This document shows positions 19,185-27,372 of a DNA stretch of 64,000 bases, piece after piece. Origin of the DNA: an uncultured Nitrospiraceae bacterium. Lineage in GTDB: Bacteria; Nitrospirota; Thermodesulfovibrionia; Thermodesulfovibrionales; UBA6898. The notes under the pieces were generated by a model, which was given only the letters and a program-made list of their open reading frames with translations, did no database searches and was not told the DNA's origin. Numbering within the stretch: position 1 is the first letter of the stretch; each line of letters begins with the position of its first letter. The stretch is taken from positions 160,001 to 224,000 of the forward strand of contig CAWEQH010000004.1 of the NCBI GenBank assembly GCA_963811165.1. Direction: 5' to 3'. Made by a program: the position numbers and the translations under genes.

Positions 19185-21011
19185 ATGTGTGGAATAATCG
19201 GATATACCGGAAATAAAAACGCAGTGACGGTCATTCTCGATGGGCTCAAGAGGCTCGAATACCGTGGATACGATTCAGCGGGGATCGCCTTTTTTTCGAA
19301 GAAGGGTGTGGACGTGATCCGGTGTAAAGGGAAGATCAAAGAGCTGGCATCGATCGTTGAGAAGGGGAACCTTGCAAGCATGACCGCCATCGGGCATACC
19401 CGATGGGCAACGCATGGGAAACCATCAGAAGAAAACGCCCATCCCCACCGCTCAGATGGCATCGTTGTCGTGCATAACGGCATAATCGAGAATTATCTCA
19501 TCTTGAAAAAGAGACTTCTTCTTAAAGGATATAAATTCTATTCAGACACCGATACCGAGGTGCTCTGCCACCTTATCAGGGATTATGCAAACACCCTTCC
19601 GTTTGAAGAAGCGGTGAGGGCCGCATTGAGGGAAGTACGGGGTGCATACGCTCTGGCCGTGATCAACGAAAAGGAACCGGGCAAGGTCATCGGCGTCAGG
19701 AAGGACAGCCCTCTTGTGGTGGGGCTGGGTGACGGTGAATATTTCATCGCCTCCGACGTCCCGGCGTTCCTGAGTTATTCGAGGAACGTGATGTATTTAG
19801 ATGAGGAGGAAATGGTTGTCCTTACCAACGACGGGGTCCTTGTGACGAAACTTGACGGCACCCCTGTGCAAAAAGAGGTGCAGTCCATCACGATGAGCCC
19901 GTCCATGGCCGAAAAAGGAGGGTACAGGCATTTCATGCTCAAAGAGATTTTCGAGCAGCCCCGTGCCGTTGCAGATACTCTCAGGGGCAGGTTTTCGCTC
20001 GACAGCGGCGAGGTCAACCTCGATGAGTTCGGGATCCCCCGGAATATATTGAAAGATATAAAAAAGATCTTCATCGTGGCCTGCGGAACTTCATGGCATG
20101 CGGGACTTGTCGGCAAGTACATGTTCGAGGAACTCGCCAGAATGAGTGTAGAAGTCGACATCGCATCGGAATTCCGTTACCGCAAGCCCCTTGTCGGCCC
20201 CGGACATCTGCTTATCGTCATTTCCCAGTCGGGGGAGACTGCGGACACCCTCGCGGCGCAGAGGGAAGCAAAAAAGCTGGGCGCCACGGTACTGAGCATC
20301 TGTAATGTCGTAAACAGTACGTCTGCGCGAGAGGCTGATGCGGTTTTCTATACCCACTCCGGTCCCGAGATCGGGGTGGCATCGACGAAGGCTTTTCTGA
20401 CGCAGGTCTCGGCGATTTACCTGCTGGCGGTTGCGTATGGGCGCCTGTGCGGAACGCTCACCCCTGAGCATGGCAGGGAACTTCTCGAAGAACTCATCCT
20501 CATCCCCGGGAAGGTGGAAAAGGCACTTGCCGCCGACGAAGCGATCAGGTCGATTGCAAAGGACTATTTCAAGGCAAGAGGGTTTATCTTCCTGGGCAGA
20601 GGGATCAACTATCCGATCGCGCTTGAGGGCGCGCTCAAGCTGAAGGAGATATCCTATATCCATGCCGAGGGATATCCGGCCGGGGAAATGAAGCATGGTC
20701 CGATCGCGTTGATAGATGAAGAACTCCCGGTCGTGGTACTGGCCTGCCGGGACGGTCTTTTCGAAAAAATGGTGACGAGCATTCAGGAGGTCAACAGCAG
20801 GGGAGGAAAGGTCATCTCGATAGCGGCCGAGAGCGCGCGGGACGTCTGTGAAATTTCAAGAAGCTGCATCCTCGTGCCCGACACCAACAGGTTCCTGTCC
20901 ACGATGCTCTTTGCGGTCCCTCTTCAGTTGCTTGCATACCACATTGGAGTGCTCAGGGGATGCGATGTCGACCAGCCCAGGAACCTCGCCAAGAGCGTTA
21001 CGGTCGAATAA
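19185..21011 (+). CDS. glmS: Glutamine-fructose-6-phosphate transaminase
   Basis: MCGIIG, LEYRGYDSAG, HTRWATHG, SQSGETAD and PRNLAKSVTVE motifs. Confidence 0.98.
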   Translation: MCGIIGYTGNKNAVTVILDGLKRLEYRGYDSAGIAFFSKKGVDVIRCKGKIKELASIVEKGNLASMTAIGHTRWATHGKPSEENAHPHRSDGIVVVHNGIIENYLILKKRLLLKGYKFYSDTDTEVLCHLIRDYANTLPFEEAVRAALREVRGAYALAVINEKEPGKVIGVRKDSPLVVGLGDGEYFIASDVPAFLSYSRNVMYLDEEEMVVLTNDGVLVTKLDGTPVQKEVQSITMSPSMAEKGGYRHFMLKEIFEQPRAVADTLRGRFSLDSGEVNLDEFGIPRNILKDIKKIFIVACGTSWHAGLVGKYMFEELARMSVEVDIASEFRYRKPLVGPGHLLIVISQSGETADTLAAQREAKKLGATVLSICNVVNSTSAREADAVFYTHSGPEIGVASTKAFLTQVSAIYLLAVAYGRLCGTLTPEHGRELLEELILIPGKVEKALAADEAIRSIAKDYFKARGFIFLGRGINYPIALEGALKLKEISYIHAEGYPAGEMKHGPIALIDEELPVVVLACRDGLFEKMVTSIQEVNSRGGKVISIAAESARDVCEISRSCILVPDTNRFLSTMLFAVPLQLLAYHIGVLRGCDVDQPRNLAKSVTVE

Positions 21012-21081
21012 TAAAGGGATTTCCGGATGCGCCGTAGATTTAAATTGGGGAAATCTGTTATCCTAATAATGCCTAGGACGA

Positions 21082-23196
21082 ATGATGTCTAAAGAGAATT
21101 TAATGCAAGACTTAAATCCACAGCAGAAAGAAGCCCTCAAACATATCGAAGGTCCATTGTTGGTATTGGCGGGGGCTGGCAGCGGTAAGACGAGGGTGAT
21201 CACCCATAAATACGCGCACTTCGTAAAAGCCCATAAAACCTTGCCCGAATCGATACTTACCGTCACCTTTACCAATAAGGCCGCAAACGAGATGAAGGAA
21301 AGGATCCATAATCTCCTTGGCAAGGAGCTAAAGCAGGCATGGATCGGGACGCTCCATTCGCAGTGCGGCAGGATACTGAGAAAAGAGATCAAATCTCTCG
21401 GTTACAGCCAGCAATTTTCCATATACGATGAGGACGACCGGTGCAGCCTTATACGCCATATACTTAAGGAGTTCAAGATCTACGAGGCACTCTATAAAGG
21501 GGTATCAACGAGGATCAACTTCCTGAAGGCCTCGCTTGTCGGACCCGAGGATTTCCTTTCTTCTGGCGACGGGTTCGGCTTTGACGAAAAACTGGCTAAG
21601 GTCTACGTAAGATACCAGGACGAACTCAAGCGCAGTAACGCACTTGATTTCGACGACCTGATCATGCTTACCGTCAGGCTTTTTAAGGAATATCCCGTTG
21701 TCCTCAAAAAGTACCAGTCGATGTTCCCCCATATTCTCGTCGATGAGTTCCAGGACCTCAACTACGCCCAGTACCAGTTGATCAGGACGCTCGCAAAGGC
21801 CCATATGAACATATGCGCGGTCGGCGACGACGACCAAAGCATTTATAAATTCCGGGGCGCCGACGTCCGCAATATATTGAATTTTGAAAAAGACTTCCCG
21901 GGGGCAAAGATCGTCAGGCTCGAGAGGAACTACCGTTCCACGCAGAACATACTCGATGTTTCGAATGCCGTGATCGCGATGAACCCGCACAGGAAAGAAA
22001 AGAAGCTCTGGACGGACAAGGGCAGGGGTGAAAAGGTCCACTTCTGCTGGCTCAACAACGAGGAGGAAGAGGCAAAGCACGTCGCAAAGATCATCAAGGA
22101 ACTCTACCTGAAAGAGGCCTTTTCCTTCAGAGATATCGCGATCCTTTACCGGGTCAACCTCCAGTCCAGGGCGATCGAGGACGGGTTGCGCGAGATGGGG
22201 CTGCCGTACCAGGTTATCGGGGGCATCAGTTTTTACCAAAGGAAAGAGATCAAAGACATTGTCTCTTATGCGCGGCTGGTGCTGAACCACGGGGACAACG
22301 TCAGTCTAAGGAGGATCATCAACTGTCCTTCACGGGGTATAGGGGCTGCGACGCTTTCGAAAATAGAAAATGAGGCAAAAAAGAAATCGGCCTGCCTTTA
22401 CGATACGCTTAAGGCGAGTATGCGCAACAACGGTATCGTTTCTGCCACGAAGGATAAGATAGGCAGTTTCGTCAGTCTTGTCGAAAAGCTGTCTTCGGCC
22501 TCTTTTGATTCGGCTTCAGACCTGTTGAAGGCGATCATCGATAAGTCCGGCTACTCGGCTGCCCTTGATGACGAGAGAAAGCAGAACCTCAATGAGCTGA
22601 TTTCCTCCGCCGAGGGAAAAGAGATCCGTGATTTTATCGACAGGGTCTCTTTGCTGACAAATGTCGATGAACCATCCGGTGAAAACCGTATATCTCTGAT
22701 GACGCTGCATAATGCAAAAGGACTTGAATTTCCCGTAGTGTTTGTGGCCGGTCTTGAAGAAGGCATCCTCCCTTATTTCAAGGCCAACGGAAATGAGGAC
22801 GAGATATCGGAGGAACGGAGACTCTTTTATGTGGGGATGACCCGCGCGAAGGACCTTCTTTTACTGACGGGCGCACGCAGGAGGAGGTTATATTCACGCA
22901 TACAGGACCAGGAGCCTTCCAGGTTCCTCAAAGACATGCCCAAGAGCTACTGCCAATGGATCGAGAAAGTGGCCGACCCCCATCCATTTCGCGGCAGGAC
23001 CGACAAGAAAAAGCCGGAGATAAAAAAAGTAAAGCCTCTCTTCTCCTCCGGGTGCAGGGTGAAACATCCGGTATGGGGAATAGGCGTAATACGCGACTGT
23101 TATGGCGACGGGGAAGAACAGAAGGTCATGGTCAACTTCCCGAATATCGGTCTGAAGAGACTCTCTCTGAAACTCGCTAACCTGACAAAGATATAA
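21082..23196 (+). CDS. pcrA: ATP-dependent DNA helicase PcrA/UvrD
   Basis: AGAGSGKT, TFTNKAA, VDEFQD, GDDDQSIY, NYRST, HNAKGLEF and EERRLFYV motifs, plus a C-terminal Tudor-like domain. Confidence 0.93.
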   Translation: MMSKENLMQDLNPQQKEALKHIEGPLLVLAGAGSGKTRVITHKYAHFVKAHKTLPESILTVTFTNKAANEMKERIHNLLGKELKQAWIGTLHSQCGRILRKEIKSLGYSQQFSIYDEDDRCSLIRHILKEFKIYEALYKGVSTRINFLKASLVGPEDFLSSGDGFGFDEKLAKVYVRYQDELKRSNALDFDDLIMLTVRLFKEYPVVLKKYQSMFPHILVDEFQDLNYAQYQLIRTLAKAHMNICAVGDDDQSIYKFRGADVRNILNFEKDFPGAKIVRLERNYRSTQNILDVSNAVIAMNPHRKEKKLWTDKGRGEKVHFCWLNNEEEEAKHVAKIIKELYLKEAFSFRDIAILYRVNLQSRAIEDGLREMGLPYQVIGGISFYQRKEIKDIVSYARLVLNHGDNVSLRRIINCPSRGIGAATLSKIENEAKKKSACLYDTLKASMRNNGIVSATKDKIGSFVSLVEKLSSASFDSASDLLKAIIDKSGYSAALDDERKQNLNELISSAEGKEIRDFIDRVSLLTNVDEPSGENRISLMTLHNAKGLEFPVVFVAGLEEGILPYFKANGNEDEISEERRLFYVGMTRAKDLLLLTGARRRRLYSRIQDQEPSRFLKDMPKSYCQWIEKVADPHPFRGRTDKKKPEIKKVKPLFSSGCRVKHPVWGIGVIRDCYGDGEEQKVMVNFPNIGLKRLSLKLANLTKI

Positions 23197-23204
23197 GGCC
23201 CTGC

Positions 23205-23483
23205 ATGAAGATCTCGATCGAGCATATCGCAACCCTCGCACGGCTGTCGCTTTCCGAGCAGGAAAAGGAACTTTTTGGCGGTCAGCTGGAGGGTATCCTC
23301 CGGTATATGGATAAGCTCAATGAGCTCGATACGAAAGACATAGGACCTACGTCCCACGTCCTCGACATACACAACGTTACCAGGGACGACGTCCCTGCCC
23401 CTTCCCTCGGCAGGGAAGACGCCCTGTCGAACGCTCCCGACAAGACCGAGAAATTTTACCGGGTCCCGAAGATCATCGAATGA
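23205..23483 (+). CDS. gatC: Asp/Glu-tRNA amidotransferase subunit C
   Basis: HIATLARLSL, LNELDT, PTSH and FYRVPKIIE motifs. Confidence 0.93.
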   Translation: MKISIEHIATLARLSLSEQEKELFGGQLEGILRYMDKLNELDTKDIGPTSHVLDIHNVTRDDVPAPSLGREDALSNAPDKTEKFYRVPKIIE

Positions 23484-23491
23484 TACACTGC

Positions 23492-23610
23492 GCGGAAGTC
23501 CGGAAGTCGGGAAATTCAGAAGTATTACCCCTCACGGCCTCCCCTTGCCAAGGAGAGGAAAAAGGTGGAGTTGGTTTTCACTTTTCACTCTTTACTATCC
23601 GCGATTCACG
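23492..23610. repeat. Intergenic degenerate tandem octamers, REP-like hairpin and heptamers
   Basis: CGGAAGTC x2 plus two degenerate copies; CCTCCCCTTG-C-CAAGGAGAGG hairpin; TTTTCAC TTTTCAC TCTTTAC TATCCGC GATTCAC. Confidence 0.5.
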
Positions 23611-23619
23611 AGGGATTAT

Positions 23620-23979
23620 ATGCTGAGGTGCATGCTCAGGGCCAAGATCCACATGGCGACCGTTACCGAATCGAACCTCGAATATGAGGGCAGTATCACA
23701 ATCGATGAGGACATCCTGAAGAAGACGGGGATACTTCCTTACGAACAGGTGATGATCAGCAACGTAAACAACGGGGAACGGTTCGAGACTTATGTGATCC
23801 CGGGCAGGCGGGGTTCCGGGGATATATGTCTTAACGGCCCTACCGCGAGGAAGGGTGTCGTAGGGGACAAGGTCATTATATTTTGCTACGCGTATCTCTC
23901 GGACGACAGGATAAAAAGATTCAGCCCCAGGATAGTCAAACTCGACTCAAAGAACAAGATAGCGGGAAAGGCCAGATAG
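23620..23979 (+). CDS. panD: Aspartate 1-decarboxylase
   Basis: MLRAKIHMATVT, YEGSITID (pyruvoyl Ser), NGERFETY and ICLNG motifs. Confidence 0.95.
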   Translation: MLRCMLRAKIHMATVTESNLEYEGSITIDEDILKKTGILPYEQVMISNVNNGERFETYVIPGRRGSGDICLNGPTARKGVVGDKVIIFCYAYLSDDRIKRFSPRIVKLDSKNKIAGKAR

Positions 23980-24113
23980 ACGGCCTTTATCTGCCTCGTG
24001 TTTTCTCCAATTTCTTCCAGTAAGAGACTTCTGTGTTAATCCGCTAGCGGTACCATTGGTTGACCGGCCTGGTTGAGAAATTCCCTCTTTCGTGCTATTC
24101 TTCCAACGTGCGA

Positions 24114-25016
24114 ATGAAAAGCAGTTATCGGTATACGTCGTTCATAAAAAGGATCGGGGTTTTTTCCCTGATCCTGGTTGCGGCATCACTTACCGGCTGC
24201 ATCACCTTTCTGACCCAAATCAGGGTCAGGGGCGACGGCAGCGGGACGATGGTGCAGACGATGACCATGAACCCGGAACAGATAAAGGCGTCGATGGAAG
24301 GAATGGCCAAGCAGATGGGCGCGGCAACGACCGAACCGAAAGAGGAGTCGAAAAATAAGCCGGAGAAGGCCCCGGATGAGGGCCCGATCAAGGAAAGTGA
24401 CCTTAAGGGAAGGGCCCCGGATATGGGTCAGGGCGTAACGTTCGTGTCGGCGGAGAAGATCGACACGAAGACTGCAGTCGGCGTCCGCGTGACCTACGCC
24501 TTCAAGGACATCAATCAGTTGGCCGTCAACCCCAAGCCTGCGGCGGCCATGGGAACAGAGGGCGCCGGGGCTTCCTCGGAGGACGCCCTTAAGTTCCGGT
24601 TCAACCGCACGCCAAACGGTAACGCGGTTCTTACGGTAGTTTTTCCCAAGCCCAAGCCGGATGCGGCAAAGGAAGAAGCCGCTACGCCGCCGACGACGGC
24701 ATCTCCGGAGGGACCGGCCAAGGATATGTCAATGATGGTAATGCAGATGTTTAAAGGTCTCCATATGGGCATGGCCATCGATGTCGAAGGTAAAGTCATA
24801 AAGACAAATAGTCCGTATGTCGAAGGATCGAAGGTCACGCTTATGGACATCGACTTCGATCCGCTTCTTTCGGACGAGAAGGGCATCAAGGCCTTAAGCG
24901 AAAAGATGGAAAAGACTATGGGAGATGACCGAAAGACAATGGAGGCCCTGAAGGGAATCAAGGGCCTGAAGATCACTACAGAGCCGGAAATTACGATCGA
25001 GTTCGCCCCAAAATAA
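24114..25016 (+). CDS. Putative lipoprotein
   Basis: Basic N-terminus, hydrophobic core and LTGC lipobox. IRVRGDGSGT beta motif. Confidence 0.75.
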   Translation: MKSSYRYTSFIKRIGVFSLILVAASLTGCITFLTQIRVRGDGSGTMVQTMTMNPEQIKASMEGMAKQMGAATTEPKEESKNKPEKAPDEGPIKESDLKGRAPDMGQGVTFVSAEKIDTKTAVGVRVTYAFKDINQLAVNPKPAAAMGTEGAGASSEDALKFRFNRTPNGNAVLTVVFPKPKPDAAKEEAATPPTTASPEGPAKDMSMMVMQMFKGLHMGMAIDVEGKVIKTNSPYVEGSKVTLMDIDFDPLLSDEKGIKALSEKMEKTMGDDRKTMEALKGIKGLKITTEPEITIEFAPK

Positions 25017-25163
25017 GAGACCCCGGCCTCCTTGATCGTTGAGGCTGAGGTTTATAGCTCGCTTTTTTTATGCATGCTTGATCCGCTAATTCTTGATTTT
25101 TGCAATTGATCACCGGAGGGCCGGAATAGGTCACGACTTATGATGCGTATGCGGACCCCGTCG

Positions 25164-25904
25164 CTATAATTCAATACGAACGGCTTCGGCCTCGCGAATA
25201 AGATCCGGCCAGATCTTCTCGGGGGGCTTCTTAAATATTGTCTCGGCATCCGCCCCTACGACCTCCCAGTCCCCTCTCCACATCTCCTGTTGGAGTTGTC
25301 CGTCGATCCATCCCGCATAACCGGCATAAGCGCGAAATTTCGCTTCCCCGTCAGGATTCTTAATAAGCTTCTCAAGGACGGTCTTGCTCGCACTCACATA
25401 TACGTCATCGAATATCCACTGGGACCCTTCAGACTTATTCTGTAAACGTATGAGAAGAAGCACCTGGTTCATGCCGACCGGCCCCCCGATATAGATGAAA
25501 TGCTCATCCCCTTTTCGCTCCTTAATCTCCGGGAAAAAGTCAGAAAGTCTCACCGTGGTCGGCCGGTTGACAATCAGGCCTACCGTGCCGTTTATATCGT
25601 GTTGGATCAATACTATGACGGTTTCCTTGAATCTTGGATCCCTTATCTGTCTGCTTGCAACGAGGAACTTGCCCTTTGATAACCTGCCGTTTAACTGACT
25701 ATTCCCCAGCGAAATGAGACTGCGAGAGGCCGGCAAAGACAGGAAGGCGGCATGGCCTGCCTGATGGGATGGGGGCACCGCCTTTTCCCATGTGACGGTC
25801 CTTGCACTCTCGCTCTTCCACGGGGGCGTGCCCCCTGTTTCAGTACCCCAGCACAAAAAAAAGGCAAACAGAAATAGTAAAAAATAACTCTTAGGAAGTA
25901 TCAT
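25164..25904 (-). CDS. YqgE/AlgH-family protein with an N-terminal signal-like extension
   Basis: GKFLVAS, DPRFKETV, GLIVNRP, GGPV and GYAGWIDGQL motifs. Confidence 0.85.
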   Translation of the reverse strand: MILPKSYFLLFLFAFFLCWGTETGGTPPWKSESARTVTWEKAVPPSHQAGHAAFLSLPASRSLISLGNSQLNGRLSKGKFLVASRQIRDPRFKETVIVLIQHDINGTVGLIVNRPTTVRLSDFFPEIKERKGDEHFIYIGGPVGMNQVLLLIRLQNKSEGSQWIFDDVYVSASKTVLEKLIKNPDGEAKFRAYAGYAGWIDGQLQQEMWRGDWEVVGADAETIFKKPPEKIWPDLIREAEAVRIEL

Positions 25905-26197
25905 TTTTTCAACCTCTATCGATACCAGTATAACAGGGTTGAGGGATATGAACTAGTGCAAGTAAGAACCGTTTGACAAGGTACGGGAAGTGAGATTAGG
26001 CTTATACGCATACGAGGGACTTCCATGGTAAATATACCTTCCGTTTACCGTGGCCGACTCCTTTATCCCAAGTATGAGTATCACGGTGATGATCTGTTCA
26101 CACGTATTTCAACTCTATCTCTGATGGCCTTAATGCGCAAGTGTTTGCCGAAAAAAAAGAGACGATTATGCGGCTGCAGCAGAATAGGGCGGTATGA

Positions 26198-26812
26198 CTA
26201 TGAGGATTTCTTTACAAATTCTCCGAAACCGGCAAGGACCTTCAATCCAAGTCCCTGGCTCTTTTCGGGATGGAACTGCGTTGCAAAGACATTGTCCTTC
26301 CATATCATCGAAGTAAAAGAAACACCGTAGTCGGTCGTTGCGGCGATAATGTCTTGGTCATCAGGCACCACGTAATAAGAGTGGACAAAATAAAAGAATG
26401 CTTCATTGGGGACCGCCGAAAGTATAGGGGGCTTCTTTACGATCCTTACGTTGTTCCAGCCCATATGCGGGACCTTCTCTTTGATCTGGAACCTTACCAC
26501 TTTTCCTCTGAAGATATCGAGACCTCTACATCTGCCGAACTCCTCTGATTCGCTGAAGAGTACCTGAAGGCCAAGACAGATCCCGAGATAGGGTTTGCCT
26601 TTTTGTATCGCCTCCGCGATTGCGCCGGTCAAAGAAAGGTCCGTAAGATTTCTTATACAGTCTCTAAATGCCCCGACGCCCGGGAGAACGACTGCCCGGG
26701 CGTTTTCGACATCTTGAGGACTTGAGGTCACCTTTGCGTTGACGCCGACCTTCTTAAAGCCCTTCTCGACGGACCTCAAATTTCCCATCCCGTAATCAAC
26801 GATAGCGATCAT
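26198..26812 (-). CDS. hisH: Imidazole glycerol phosphate synthase glutaminase subunit
   Basis: IVDYGMGNLRSV, LPGVGAF, GICLGLQ, PHMGWN, YFVHSY and QFHPEKS motifs. Confidence 0.97.
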   Translation of the reverse strand: MIAIVDYGMGNLRSVEKGFKKVGVNAKVTSSPQDVENARAVVLPGVGAFRDCIRNLTDLSLTGAIAEAIQKGKPYLGICLGLQVLFSESEEFGRCRGLDIFRGKVVRFQIKEKVPHMGWNNVRIVKKPPILSAVPNEAFFYFVHSYYVVPDDQDIIAATTDYGVSFTSMIWKDNVFATQFHPEKSQGLGLKVLAGFGEFVKKSS

Positions 26813-27107
26813 GTCTTTTAAATTACTTTCCCGCAGGCGTAATTGTCAAATTTCTCGCAGGGCCGACGCCGACCGTGTAAAGCACGTTCACATTAAGCCA
26901 AATTCCCTCTGCCGACCGAAGCTCGGAAGATCAACGTCCAAAACATGCCAGAATCCCCTCTCAGCGGCAATAGCAGAAGCCCAAGTTTTCATACCATTGG
27001 TCCAGAGGTCCTCGGGTCTTGTCACACCTCGCAAGAATCCCGTTCAATACAGGCAAGTTCGCTTCCTTCAGCAGATTTATGAATAATCCCGGGTTGGACC
27101 TCTGCCT

Positions 27108-27136
27108 TGACAGTCAACACAATATGGCTGACAATG
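27108..27136 (+). promoter_or_regulatory. Candidate sigma70 promoter giving a ~230-nt leader to the Pat-type gene
   Basis: TTGACA-N17-GACAAT. Confidence 0.4.
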
Positions 27137-27372
27137 TAATTGTGAGTGCAAGATATCGCTATCCATGTCTTAGCCTTAGGCAGATGCTATGAACAGCTAT
27201 GAACCGGCACCATGACAGCACTCTTTACCGGCTGGATTTCTTTCTTATCTGCGTCGCGAGCAACACTTTGACTGCTGTCTTGCGCCAGAGAGAAACGGAA
27301 TGTTTCTGTTGTTACGCTCTGTCTGAGCCGGCTATTTACCGTAGCCGAAGCGTGCAATAATGAGGTTGCGAC

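Noticed and set aside
27137..27372. Riboswitch or uORFs in the long leader of the Pat-type gene
   Set aside because: No recognisable aptamer, and the short ORFs lack SD sequences.
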